A stretch of 64,000 nt of DNA from Pristiophorus japonicus. Its lineage: Eukaryota. Below, one piece after another: positions 1 to 12,044 of the stretch (its first letter is position 1; each line of letters opens with the position of its first letter). Made by a program: the position numbers and the translations under genes. The stretch spans positions 2,604,001 to 2,668,000 of the forward strand of contig NC_092008.1 of NCBI RefSeq assembly GCF_044704955.1, in the 5' to 3' direction. Under the pieces are notes generated by a model, which saw only the letters and a list, made by a program, of their open reading frames with translations, did not search any database and was not told the DNA's origin.

Positions 1-120
1 AGCACAAAGATCTAGGCTGACATTCCCAATGCAGCGCTGAGGGAGCGCTGTACTGTCGGAGGGGCGGTACCGAGGGAGCACCGTACTGCGCTGTCGGAGG
101 GGCGGTACCGAGGGAGCGCT
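1..120 (+). mobile_element. DeuSINE/SacSINE1-like SINE fragment with 33-bp units
   Basis: agcacaaagatctaggctgac...cagcgctgagggagcgctg matches the post-head part of the SINE copies at 35715 and 44525. Confidence 0.7.
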
Positions 121-239
121 TGTGCAATCTTGCCATGCGCACAATCATTGCCGACGTGGCAAGTCTTTCTAATCCATGTACGTGGAGTGCCACGGTGTTA
201 ATAACAAATGACTCCAGCTACCAATATCAAAACAGAAGA

Positions 240-2650
240 GAGAGGGGGACAGATCGCGCACGCGAGAGGTGGGGGAGGACTGGGCGCGAGCGAGCGAGGA
301 CCGGGAGAGAGCGAGCAAGGGAGGGGGGAGTGAGGGGGACCGGGCGCGAGCGAGCGAGGGAGGGAGGGAGTGAGGGGGACCGGGCGCGAGCGAGGGAGGG
401 GGGAGTGAGGGGGAGCGGGCGCGAGCGAGCGAGGGAGGGAGGGAGGGAGGGGGACCGGGCGCGAACGAGCGAGGACCGGGAGAGAGCGAGCGAGGGAGGG
501 AGGGAGGGAGGGGGACCGGGCGCGAGCGAGCGAGGACCGGGAGAGAGCGAGCGAGGGAGGGGGGAGTGAGGGGGACCGGGCGCGAGCGAGCGAGGGAGGG
601 AGGAGTGAGGGGGACCGGGCGCGAACGAGCGAGGGAGGGAGGGAGGGGGACCGGGCGCGAGCGAGGGAGGGAGGAGTGAGGGGGACCGGGCGCGAACGAG
701 CGAGGGAGGGAGGAGGGAGGGGGACCGGGCGCGAGCGAGCGAGGGAGGGAGGGAGGAGTGAGGGGGNNNNNNNNNNNNNNNNNNNNNNNNNNNNNNNNNN
801 NNNNNNNNNNNNNNNNNNNNNNNNNNNNNNNNNNNNNNNNNNNNNNNNNNNNNNNNNNNNNNNNNNNNNNNNNNNNNNNNNNNNNNNNNNNNNNNNNNNN
901 NNNNNNNNNNNNNNNNNNNNNNNNNNNNNNNNNNNNNNNNNNNNNNNNNNNNNNNNNNNNNNNNNNNNNNNNNGGGAGGGAGGGAGGGGGACCGGGCGCG
1001 AGCGAGGGAGGGAGGGAGGGGGACCGGGCGCGAGCGAGCGAGGACCGGGAGAGAGCGAGCGAGGGAGGGGGGAGTGAGGGGGACCGGGCGCGAGCGAGCG
1101 AGGACCGGGAGAGAGCGAGCGAGGGAGGGGGGAGTGAGGGGGACCGGGCGCGAGCGAGCGAGGGAGGGGGGGGGGAGAACCGGGCGCGAGCGAGCGAGGA
1201 CCGGGAGAGAGCGAGCGAGGGAGGGGGGAGTGAGGGGGACCGGGCGCGAGCGAGGGAGGGGGGAGGGAGGGGGACCGGGCGCGAGCGAGGGAGGGGGGAG
1301 TGAGGGGGACCGGGCGTGAGCGAGAGAGGGAGGGAGGGGGGAGTGAGGGGGACCGGGCGCGAGCGAGCGAGGACCGGGAGAGAGCGAGCGAGGGAGGGGG
1401 GAGTGAGGGGGACCGGGCGCGAGCGAGCGAGGGAGGGGGGGGGGGGGGGGGGGGGGAGCCGGGCGCGAGCGAGCGAGGGAGGGGAGAACCGGGCGCGAGC
1501 GAGCGAGGACCGGGAGAGAGCGAGCGAGGGAGGGGGGAGTTAGGGGGACCGGGCGCGAGCGAGCGAGGACCGGGAGAGAGCGAGCGAGGGAGGGAGGGAG
1601 GGGGGAGTGAGGGGGACCGAGCGTGAGCGAGCGAGGGGGAGTGGGCGAGAGCGAGCGAGGGAGAGAGGGGGAGTGGGCGAGAGCGAGCGAGGGAGAGAGG
1701 GGGAGCGAGGGAGGGAGGGAGGGGGGAGTGAGGGGGACCGGGCGTGAGCGAGCGAGGGGGAGTGGGCGAGAGCGAGCGAGAGAGGGAGGGGGAGTGGGCG
1801 AGAGCGAGCGAGGGAGGGAGGGAGGGGGAGTGGGAGCGAGGGAGGGAGGGAGGGGGAGTGGGAGCGAGGGAGGGAGGGAGGGGGACCGGGCACAAGCGAG
1901 GGAGGGAGGGGGAGTGGGCGAGAGCGAGCGAGGGAGGGATAGAGGGGGACCGGGCGGAAGCGAGGGAGGGAGGGGGGGGGGGGGGTGGGAGTGAGGGGGA
2001 CCGGGCGCGAGCGAGCGAGGGAGGGAGGGAGGAGGACCGGGTGAGAGCGAGGGAGGGAGGGATAGAGGAGGACCGGGCGCGAGGGAGGGGGATCGGGTGA
2101 GAGCGAGCGAGGGAGGGAGGGAGGGGGAGTGGGAGCGAGGGAGGGAGGGAGGGGGACCGGGCACAAGCGAGGGAGGGAGGGGGAGTGGGCGAGAGCGAGC
2201 GAGGGAGGGATAGAGGGGGACCGGGCGGAAGCGAGGGAGGGAGGGGGGGGGGGGGGGGGGGGGAGTGAGGGGGACCGGGCGCGAGCGAGGGAGGGGGGAG
2301 TGAGGGGGACCGGGCGCGAGCGAGCGAGGGAGGGAGGGAGGAGGACCGGGTGAGAGCGAGGGAGGGAGGGATAGAGGAGGACCGGGCGCGAGGGAGGGGG
2401 ATCGGGTGAGAGCGAGCGAGGGAGGGGGAGTGGGAGCGAGCGAGGGAGCGAGCGAGCGAGGGAGGGGGATCGGGTGAGAGCGAGCGAGCGAGGGAGGGAG
2501 GGGGATCGGGTGAGAGCGAGCGAGGGAGGGAGGGAGGGGGAGTGGGAGCGAGCGAGCGAGCGAGGGAGGGGGATCGGGTGAGAGCGAGCGAGCGAGGGAG
2601 GGAGGGGGAGTGGGAGCGAGCGAGGGCGAGAGAGAGAGAGACAGAGAACA
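240..2650. repeat. Purine-rich G/A minisatellite in HCFC1 intron, with N-gap 767-973
   Basis: Recurrent gagcgagcgagggagggggagtgagggggaccgggcgc variants; very few T on the + strand. Confidence 0.9.
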
Positions 2651-2660
2651 AGAAGATTAC

Positions 2661-2879
2661 CAGTGCACTGCCGCCAGCCATGGAGATGGGGCTCTTCACC
2701 AGCGTGATGGTTTTGGTCACTCCGCCCACCACCGTGGTCACCACCTGCGCCTGCTGGGCCACCGTCACGGTGCCGGACTTGTGAACCGTGATGATGGGCC
2801 GCATGGGCGAGCCGGGAGTGCCCGACGTCCCCACCTGAGCTGCCGCCGTCTTCAGCATTCGCGTGGCTGGATTGCTGAC
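2661..2879 (-). CDS. HCFC1: Host cell factor 1 exon (basic region), 219 nt
   Basis: [18 protein letters not shown]...[47 protein letters not shown]; acceptor cccag, donor gtaat; phase 0/0. Confidence 0.95.
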
Positions 2880-2978
2880 CTGGGAGGGGGGGGACCGGAG
2901 ACAGGCGGCAGTGAGGGGGGAAGATTCGTCACACACAGGCAGACAGACGCGCGCAGACACAGGGAATGGTCCACCTAC

Positions 2979-3134
2979 CATTATGGGAGAGGACGCCACC
3001 TTGACGGTGGCGGGCAGGTTGGAGCCCGGCGCGACGGCCACAGTCTTGATGGTGGTCGGGGAGATTTTCTGCGTGGCGGCGGCGGCAGCAGCCAGGGCGG
3101 CCATCCCGCTCATCGACGTGTTCCCGCCGATCGT
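2979..3134 (-). CDS. HCFC1: Host cell factor 1 exon, 156 nt
   Basis: [24 protein letters not shown]...[13 protein letters not shown]; acceptor ctgcag, donor gtagg; phase 0/0. Confidence 0.95.
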
Positions 3135-3454
3135 CTGCAGGGGAGGAAAGCAAGGAAAGTGATCGCGGCTCGGTCGGGCAAAGCCGGCGCAGAGCGGGAG
3201 GGAGTCGGGAGACCCCGGGGGAGGGGGGGGGGGAGGGGGCGACGGGGGACCGACGTGTTCAGGGGAGGCCGTGGCCCCTCCAAGCACCGCGGCTGCCCTC
3301 CAGCCGCCTGTCGGGACGGCGAGTGTCGGCAGGATATTCGACCACAGCGGCATCGCAGGTGGAGCTCAATCGCCCGTCCTGATGCAAAGATTTGCACAGC
3401 GACGGACACGGAATTAGTGATCAGGAAAAACCACTGGCCCAGTGCTCTCCAATG

Positions 3455-4255
3455 CTCCCTGAGGGAGCGCCGCGCTGCGCTGTCGGAGGGGCGGTGCTGA
3501 GGGAGCGCCGCGCTGCGCTGTCGGAGGGGCGGTGCTGAGGGAGCGCCGCGCTGCGCTGTCGGAGGGGCGGTACTGAGGGAGCGCCGCACTGCGCTGTCGG
3601 AGGGGCGGTGCTGAGGGAGCGCCGCGCTGCGCTGTCGGAGGGGCGGTACTGAGGGAGCGCCGTACTGTCGGAGGGGCGGTACTGAGGGAGCGCCGCACTG
3701 TCGGAGGGGCAGTACTGAGGGAGCGCCGCACTGTCGGAGGGGCGGTACTGAGGGAGCGCCGCACTGTCGGAGGGGCGGTACTGAGGGAGCGCCGCACTGT
3801 CGGAGGGGCGGTACTGAGGGAGCGCCGCACTGTCGGAGGGGCGGGTACTGAGGAGCGCCGCACTGTCGGAGGGGCGGTACTGAGGGAGTGCTGCACTGTC
3901 GGAGGGGCAGTACTGAGGGAGCGCCGCACTGTCGGAGGTGCCGTATTTCGGATGAGACATTAAACCGAGGCCCCGTCTGCCCTCTCGGGTGGATGTAAAA
4001 GATCCCGGGGCCACTATTGGAAGAAGAGCAGGGGGAGTTCTCCCCGGTGTCCTGGGGCCAATATTTATCCCTCGACCAACATCACGAAAACAGACGATCC
4101 GGGTCATTATCACATCGCTGTGTGTGGGAGCTTGCTGTGCGCAAATTGGCGTTTCCCACAATACAACAGTGAGCGCACTCCGAAAGTGCTTCATTGGCTG
4201 TGAGGCGCTTTGTGATGTCCGGTGGTTGTGAAAGGCGCTATATAAATGCAGGTGT
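3455..4255 (+). mobile_element. DeuSINE-like SINE with internal 33/38-bp minisatellite (about 3459-3935)
   Basis: (actgagggagcgccgcactgtcggaggggcggt)n runs directly into the SINE body and ends with tail aaggcgctatataaatgca. Confidence 0.85.
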
Positions 4256-4274
4256 GGGCACAGCAAACACTCAC

Positions 4275-4447
4275 CATGCCCTGGGCGCCCTGTGCTGGCA
4301 CCACCATGCGGACCCCGGTGGGCAGCGTCGCCATGGTGACCGGCACCTTCCCCTGCTGCCCCGCCTGCCGCACGGCAATCAGCGAGGTCCCGCTCGCCAA
4401 AACCGTCGGTGTCTGCGGTGACGCCACCCGCAGCACGGCCGTGGTAC
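4275..4447 (-). CDS. HCFC1: Host cell factor 1 exon, 173 nt
   Basis: [14 protein letters not shown]...[31 protein letters not shown]; ctgcag / gtgag; phase 1/0 fits both neighbours. Confidence 0.92.
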
Positions 4448-4464
4448 CTGCAGGGTAAGAGTGG

Positions 4465-4484
4465 AGAGGTGAGGGCAAGGGTCG

Positions 4485-4521
<37 letters not shown>

Positions 4522-5525
4522 AGAGAAGAGAGGTGAGGGCAAGGGTCGCCGGGGGGGGGGGGGGGGTGTGTGTGAGGGCAAGGGTCGCCGGGGGGGGGGG
4601 GGGGGGGGGGGGGGTGGGGGGGGTGAGAAAAAGAGAGGTGAGGGCAAGGGTCGCGGGGGGGGGGGGGGGGGGGGGGGGGGAGAAGAGAGGTGAGGGCAAG
4701 GGTCGCCGGGGGGGGGGGGGGTGAGAGAGGTGAGGGCGAGGGTCGCCGGGGGGGGGGGGGGGGTGAGGGCAAGGGTCGCCGTGGGGGGTGGGGGGGGGGG
4801 GGTGAGGGCAAGGGTCGCCGGGGGGGGGGTGGGGGCAAGGGTCGCCGTGGGGGGTGGGGGCTGAGGGCAAGGGTCGCCTGGGGGGTGGGGGCTGAGGGCA
4901 AGGGTCGCCTGGGGGGGGGGGGGTGAGGGCAAGGGTCGCTGGGGGGTGGGGGGTGGGGGTGAGGGCAAGGGTCGCCTGGGGGGGGGGGTGAGGGCAAGGG
5001 TCGCCGGGAGGGAGGGTAAGGGCAAGGGTCGCGGGGGGGGGAAGGTAAGGGCAAGGGTCACTGGGGGGGGGGGGGGGAGTGAGAGGGGGGGGGAAAAGAG
5101 AGGGAGGGCACAGGTCTGCGGGGGAGGGAGAGAGGGGGGCGCGAGAGGGAGAGTAGGGGGGTGGGGAAGAGTAGTAGGGGGGGGAGGGGGGAGCGGGGGG
5201 GGAGGGGGAGCGGGGGAGGGAGAGGGGAGAGAGGGGGAGCGGGGGAGGGAGAGAGGGGGGAGCGGGGGAGGGAGAGGGGGGGGGCGGGGGAGGGAGAGTT
5301 GGGGGGCGGGGGAGGGAGAGTTGGGGGGGCGGGGGAGGGAGAGTTGGGGGGGCGGGGGAGGGAGAGTTGGGGGGGCGGGGGAGGGAGAGTTGGGGGGGCG
5401 GGGGAGGGAGAGTTGGGGGGGCGGGGGAGGGAGAGTTGGGGGGGGCGGGGGAGGGAGAGTGGGGGGGGCGGGGGAGGGAGAGTTGGGGGGGGGCGGGGGA
5501 GGGAGAGTTGGGGGGGGCGGGGGAG
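4465..5525. repeat. G-rich tandem repeats: (gtgagggcaagggtcgcc+Gn) about 16 copies, then (ggggagggagagttgggggggc)n
   Basis: Seen directly; long G homopolymers. Confidence 0.9.
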
Positions 5526-5544
5526 GAGCATTACCGGTCCGTTA

Positions 5545-6055
5545 CCCACTCCATACCCGGCATTACTGCCCCATTACCCCCTCCGTACCCGGGCTTACTG
5601 CCCCATTACCCCCTCCGTACCCGGGATTACTGCCCCATTACCCCCTCCGTACCCGGGCTTACTGCCCCATTACCCCCTCCGTACCCGGGATTACTGCCCC
5701 ATTACCCCCTCCGTACCCGGGCTTACTGCCCCATTACCCCCTCCGTACCCGGGATTACTGCCCCATTACCCCCTCCGTACCCGGCATTACTGCCCCGTTA
5801 CCCCCTCCGTACCCGGCATTACTGCCCCGTTACTCCCTCCGTACCCGGCATTACTGCCCCGTTACTCCCTCCGTACCCGGCATTACTGCCACTCCCTCCG
5901 TACCCGGCATTACTGCCCCGTTACTCCCTCCGTACCCGGCATTACTGCCCCGTTACTCCCTCCGTACCCGGCATTACTGCCCCATTACCCCCTCCGTACC
6001 CGGCATTACTGCCCCGTTCCTCCCTCCGTACCCGGCATTACTGCCCCGTTACTTC
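5545..6055. repeat. 32-bp minisatellite (ccgtacccggcattactgccccattaccccct), about 16 copies
   Basis: Period 32 (5551, 5583, 5615...). Confidence 0.9.
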
Positions 6056-6077
6056 CCCGTGGATGTCGGGCACTCAC

Positions 6078-6434
6078 CTGGTCTGCGGATCCCGGTGGCG
6101 CTGCCCAGCAGGGTCTGCGGGGGTGCCAGCGCGGCGGCCGCGGCGGCGACGGGGGCGGAGCAGGGCACGGCAGCGCCCTGCTGCGGCAGCAGCGAGATGC
6201 CCACCTGCTGGGGCGAGGGGGCGGCGGAGGCCGGGGCGGGGCTCTTGGGCTGCCCGGCGGGCACCGAGGGCAGCGGGTGGAGGGCGGGCGAGGTGGCGGC
6301 AGCCGCCGCGGGGATGTCGTACTTCTGCAGCTGCAGCAGGTAGCTGTCGGCGGTGGGCACCGAGCCCCAGCTCACCTCCAGCGAGCTGGTGTTGGCCCGG
6401 ACCAGCTGCACCCGCGTCGGAGCTGGCGGTCTCT
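6078..6434 (-). CDS. HCFC1: Host cell factor 1 exon (SAS1N / fibronectin type III segment), 357 nt
   Basis: [43 protein letters not shown]...; ttttacag / gtgag; phase 1/1. Confidence 0.96.
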
Positions 6435-6475
6435 CTGTAAAAAAAAAAAAACACACACAACGGGCACGAGTTAGA

Positions 6476-7885
6476 GTCGGAGGGGCGGTGCTGAGGGAGC
6501 GCCGCACTGCGCTGTCGGAGGGGCGGTGCTGAGGGAACGCCGCACTGTCGGAGGGGCGGTACTGAGGGAGCGCCGCACTGCGCTGTCGGAGGGGCGGTAC
6601 TGAGGGAGCGCCGCACTGCGCTGTCGGAGGGGCGGTGCTGAGGGAGCGCCGCACTGTCGGAGGGGCGGAACTGAGGGAGCGCCGCACTGTCGGAGGGGCG
6701 GTACTGAGGGAGCGCCGCACTGTCGGAGGGGCAGTACTGAGGGAGCGCCGCGCTGTCGGAGGGGCAGTACTGAGGGAGCGCCGCACTGTCGGAGGGGCAG
6801 TACTGAGGGAGCGCCGCACTGTCGGAGGGGCAGTACTGAGGGAGCGCCGCACTGTCGGAGGGGCAGTACTGAGGGAGCGCCGCGCTGTCGGAGGGGCGGT
6901 ACTGAGGGAGTGCCGCACTGCGCTGTCGGAGAGGCGGTGCTGAGGGAGCCCTGCACTGCGCTGCCGGAGGGGCGGTACTGAGGGAGCGCCGCACTGCGCT
7001 GTCGGAGGGGCGGTACTGAGGGAGCGCCGCACTGCGCTGTCGGAGGGGCGGTGCTGAGGGAGCGCCGCACTGTCGGAGGGGCGGAACTGAGGGAGCGCCG
7101 CACTGTCGGAGGGGCGGTACTGAGGGAGCGCCGCACTGTCGGAGGGGCAGTACTGAGGGAGCGCCGCGCTGTCGGAGGGGCAGTACTGAGGGAGCGCCGC
7201 ACTGTCGGAGGGGCGGTGCTGAGGGAGCGCCGCACTGCGCTGTCGGAGGGTCGGTACTGAGGGAGCGCCGCACTGCGCTGTCGGAGGGGCGGTGCTGAGG
7301 GAGCGCCGCACTGCGCTGTCGGAGGGGCGGTGCTGAGGGAGCGCCGCACTGCGCTGTCGGAGGGGTGGTGCTGAGGGAGCGCCGTACTGCGCTGTCGGAG
7401 GGGCGGTGCTGAGGGAGCGCCGCACTGTCGGAGGGGCGGTACTGAGGGAGCGCCGCACTGCGCTGTCGGAGGGACAGTACTGAGGGAGCGCCGCACTGTC
7501 GGAGGGACAGTACTGAGGGAGCGCCGCATTGCGCTGTCGGGAGGGGCGGTGCTGAGGGAGCGCCACACTGTCGGAGGTTCCGACTTTCGGATGAGACGTT
7601 AAAGCGAGGCCCCGTCTGCCCTCTCGGGTGGACATAAGAGATAATAAGGGCACTATTTCGAAGAGAGCAAGGGGGGAATTATCCCCAATATTAATCCCTT
7701 CGTCAACACCACTAACACAGATGATCTGGGTCATTATCACATTGCTGCTTGTGGGAGCTTGCTGTGCGCAAATTGCCGTTTCCCACATTACAACAGTGAC
7801 TACACTCCAAAAGTAGTTCATTGGCTGTGAAGCGCTTTGTGACGTCCGGTGGTCGTGAAAGGCGCTATATAAACGCAAGGCTTTA
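6476..7885 (+). mobile_element. DeuSINE-like SINE with about 1.1-kb 33/38-bp minisatellite (6476-7575)
   Basis: Same unit and SINE 3' body as at 3455. Confidence 0.85.
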
Positions 7886-7894
7886 TTCTTTTCA

Positions 7895-9385
7895 AGCGGG
7901 CTCCGCCATTCAATGAGATCGCGGCTGACCTTCGACCTCAACTCCACTTTCCCGGCCAATCCCTCGATTCCCCGAGCGTCCAAAAATCGACTGATCTCAG
8001 CCTTGAATATATTCAGAGGCTGAGCCCCCACTGCCCTCTGGGGCAGAGAATTCCAAAGATTCACCCCCCTCTGAGTGAAGAAATTCCTCCTCATCTCAGT
8101 CCTCAATGGCCGCCCCTCAATTCTGAAACTAGTGCAGGGTTACGGACCGAGAGCTGGAGAGTGGCATTAGGCTGGATAGCCTTTTGCTGGCCGGCACGGA
8201 CCGAAATGGCCTCCTGCCGTGTTGTAAACTTCTATGATTCGAAGACATTCCTCCTCATCTTCGTTTTAAATGGGCGACCCCTTATTCTGAGACTATGTGC
8301 CCCCTAGTTCTAGATTCCTCCCACGAGGGGAAACATCCTCTCTGCATCGACCCCGTCCAGCCCCCTCAGAATCTGATACCTTTCAATAAGATCGCCTCAT
8401 TCTCCTAAAGTCCAATGAGTAGAGGCCCAACCTGCTCAACCTTTCCTCATAAGACAACCCCCTCATCTCCGGAATCAACTGAGTGAACCTTCTCTGAACT
8501 GCCTCCAATGCAAATATATCCCTCCTTAAATAAGGAGACCAAAACTGTACCCATCCCAGGAACCAGTCTAGAAACATAGCAAATAGGTGCAGGAGTAGGC
8601 CATTCGGCCCTTCGAGCCTGCACCACCATTCAATATGATCATGGCTGATCATTCACCTCAGTACCCCTTTCCTGCTTTCCCTCCATACCCCTTGATCCCT
8701 TTAGCCGTAAGGGCCACATCTAACTCCCTCTTGAATATATCCAACGAACTGGCCTCAACAACTTTCTGTGGTAGAGAATTCCACAGGTTCACAATTCTCT
8801 GAGTGAAGAAGTTTCTCCTCATCTCGGTCCTAGATGGCTTACCCCTTAATCCTTGTAACCCCTGGTTCTGGACTTCCCCAACATCGGGAACATTCTTCCT
8901 GCATCTAACCTGTCCTATCCCGTCAGAATTTTATATGTTTCTATGAGAAACCCTCTCATTCTTCTAAATTCCAATGAATACAAGCCTAGTCCATCCAGTC
9001 TTTCTTCATATGTCAGTCCTGCCATCCCAGGAATCAGTCTGGTGAACCTTCGCTGCACTCCCTCAACAGCAAGAATGTCCTTCCTCAGATTAGGAGACCA
9101 AAACTGAACACAATATTCCAGCTGAGGCCTCACTAAGGCCCTGTACAACTGCAGTAAGACCTCCCTGCTCCTGTACTCAAATCCTCTCGCTATGAAGGCC
9201 AACATGCCATTTGCCTTCTTCACCGCCTGCTGTACCTGCATGGCCAACTTTCAATGACTGATGCACCATGACACCCAGGTCTCGTGAACCTTCGCTGCAT
9301 GCCCTCCAAGGCAAGTATGTCCTTCCTCAGGCCCGTTTGCTGCTCTACACTTCTCAATGTCCTACCACTGAATGTGTACCGCTCC
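7895..9385 (-). mobile_element. Cluster of 5'-truncated CR1-clade LINE fragments (mostly minus strand)
   Basis: RT C-terminal motifs [42 protein letters not shown]; (agaaacat)n tails. Confidence 0.9.
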
Positions 9386-9389
9386 GGGC

Positions 9390-9662
9390 CAAAGATTGGC
9401 CGAAGTGGAGGAAGTGCATCCGGGAGGGGCGCTGAGCACCTCGAGTCTCGTCGCCGAGAGCGTGCAGAAACCAAGCGCAGGCAGCGGAAGGAGCGTGCGG
9501 CAAACCAGTCCCACCCTCCCCTTCCCTCAACCACTGTCTGTCCCACCGGTGACGGGGACTGTGGCTCCCGTATTGGGCTGTTCAGCCACCTAAGGACTCA
9601 TTTTTTAGAGTGGAAGCAAGTCTTCCTCGATTCCGAGGGACTGCCGATGAAGATGATGACGA
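9390..9662 (+). mobile_element. RTE-clade LINE 3' fragment
   Basis: EHLESRRRERAETKRRQRKER...CPT..DCGSRIGLFSHLRTH and (gat)n tail. Confidence 0.85.
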
Positions 9663-9849
9663 TTCCCTCGCCTCGTTAGCCCTCCCTGGTGAGCCTGCTC
9701 CGACTGGAGGGTCAGTTTTTAAAAAAATGTTTGTCCGTGGGATGTGGGAGTCGCTGGCAAGGCCAGAAAGGGAGGGAGTGGGGGGGGGGGGGGGGGGGGG
9801 CTCCGTTCGAAAGAATAATGAACAGACACCGAGCCTGCATCGCGCTTAC

Positions 9850-10029
9850 CTGTCTCCAAGTACCACAGGTCCTTGCAGCACACCTGATTATTCCAGGCTT
9901 TTCGGTAACCATCACGGCCGCTCCAGATATAGAGCCGAGAGTTGACTGCCACCGAACAGTGGCCGGCCCGCGCTCGTGGCAAGTTGTCCTCCTGTGCTTC
10001 CATGACCACCAACTCCCAGGTCATCGTGT
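9850..10029 (-). CDS. HCFC1: Host cell factor 1 exon (end of kelch domain), 180 nt
   Basis: [60 protein letters not shown]; gacag / gtaag; phase 1/1. Confidence 0.97.
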
Positions 10030-10174
10030 CTGTCGGGGCAGGGCAGAGAAGCACAACATTGGTCTTTCAATTCCTGACGGCACAGTCATCTCGAGAAGAC
10101 TTAGAACGTCGGAAATCGGAGCAGGAGTCAGCCATACGGCCCCTTGAGCCTGTTAATATCACGGTTGACAAATC

Positions 10175-11447
10175 TGCAGGAATTTTTTTTGAGGATGTTT
10201 CCAGTAGAGTGGACAAGGGGAGAACCAGTTGATGTGGTGTATTTGGACTTTCAGAAGGCTTTCGACAAGGTCCCACACAAGAGATTAATGTGAAAAGTTA
10301 AAGCACATGGGATTTGGGGGTAGTGTGCTGACGTGGATTGAGAACTGGTTGTCAGACAGGAAGCAAAGAGTAGGAGTAAATGGGCACTTTTCAGAATGGC
10401 AGGCAGTGACTAGTGGGGTACCGCAGGGTTCTGTGCTGGGGCCCCAGCTGTTTACACTGTACATTAATGATTTAGACGAGGGGATTAAATGTAGTATGTC
10501 CAAATTTGCGGATGACACTAAGTTGGGTGGCAGTGTGAGCTACGAGGAGGATGCTATGAGGCTGCAGAGTGACTTGGATAGATAGGTTAGGTGAGTGGGC
10601 AAATGCATGGCAGATGAAGTATAATGTGGATAAATGTGAGGTTATCCACTTTGGTGGTAAAAACAGAGAGACAGACTATTATCTGAATGGTGACAGATTA
10701 GGAAAAGGGGAGGTGCAACGAGACCTGGGTGTCATGGTACATCAGTCATTGAAGGTTGGCATGCAGGTACAGCAGGCGGTTAAGAAAGCAAATGGCATGT
10801 TGGCCTTCATGGCGAAGGGATTGGAGTACAGGGGCAGGGATGTGTTACTAGTGTTGTACAGGGCCTTGGTGAGGCCACACCTGGAGTATTGTGTACAGTT
10901 TTGGTCTCCTAATTTGAGGAACTGGAGGGAGGACATTCTTGCTATTGAGAGTGTGCAGCGAAGGTTCACCAGACTGATTCCCGGGATGGCGGGACTGACA
11001 TATCAAGAAAGACTGGATCAACTGGGCTTGTATTGACTGGAGTTCAGAAGAATGAGAGGGGATCTCATAGAAATGTGTAAAATTCTGACGGGTTTAGACA
11101 GGTTAGATGCAGGAAGAATGTTCCCGATGTTGGGGAAGTCCAGAACCAGGGGTCACAGTCTAAGGATAAGGGGTAAGCCATTTAGGACCGAGATGAGGAG
11201 AGACTTCTTCACCCAGAGAGCGGTGAACCTGTGGAATTCTCTACCACAGAAAGTTGTTGAGGCCAATTCACTAAATATATTCAAAAAGGAGTTAGATGAA
11301 GTCCTTACGACTCGGGGGATCAAGGGGTATGGTGAGAAAGCAGGAATGGGGTACTGAAGCTGCATGTTCAGCCATGAACTCATTGAATGGCGGTGCAGGC
11401 TAGAAGGGCCGAATGGCCTGCTCCTGCACCTATTTTCTATGTTTCTA
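10175..11447 (+). mobile_element. CR1 LINE 3' part (degenerate RT)
   Basis: [33 protein letters not shown] motifs with frameshifts; tail ttctatgtttcta. Confidence 0.93.
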
Positions 11448-11709
11448 ATACGATCGCAGCTGATCCGCTCACGTCCGCTCTACCGCCTCTGTGGAGCTGG
11501 CATCTGAGGAGGGCGCTCCTCACGTCTCCGCACAGACGGGCCTGGGTGTGGATCCCTGCAGCCCACTGGGATCCGGGACGGCGCACAAGCGACGGACGTC
11601 CGCTCCTGCGCAGGCCAGGCTAAAACCCAATGTGGCCGGCAACCTCCTCCAAGTTCAATACCGCCGTCGGGTCATCCTCCCTCACGCCCCACCAAAACGT
11701 CAACGGGTG

Positions 11710-11960
11710 TCAGTGATGCGGAGGTTCTGCAGGATGGCCAAGTTCGACGTCATCCACGGCTGCTGGTGGAGAGCTGGCGGGGTCTTCTCCGTGATTGGAT
11801 GCATCTCGAGACATCCGCTCGCGGGCATCCGCACGGGTCGATCGGGGCGACGCGCCAATCAGACCTACAATCTGACTTTCCAGGGCTGTGATTGGCAGCA
11901 GTCTTGCCGGACCCCCACCAGTTCTCCCCTGCTGTCGCTGGCTCTCGGACAACTTTCTGA
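11710..11960 (-). pseudogene. Probable fragment of a PIF/Harbinger Myb/SANT-like DNA-binding ORF
   Basis: RKLSESQRQQGRTGGGPARLLPITALESQIVGLIG resembles the R/K-TGGGP...LT.LE......IG motif that follows Myb_DNA-bind_5 domains. Confidence 0.5.
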
Positions 11961-12044
11961 CTGGTTCATGCTCCCGCTGAGATGCACGCGTGTGTGGGGC
12001 CGCGCAGCAGTCTGGAATGTTTGCGTCTACACAGCGCCCGAGGA

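Noticed and set aside
198-3353. 1051-aa minus-strand ORF
   Set aside because: Only two internal segments are HCFC1 exons; the rest is stop-poor pyrimidine repeat and an N-gap
11710-11760. VDDVELG as the missing HCFC1 exon (MDDVKV)
   Set aside because: No flanking FGGWVPL or HEKEWKC sequence and no suitable splice sites
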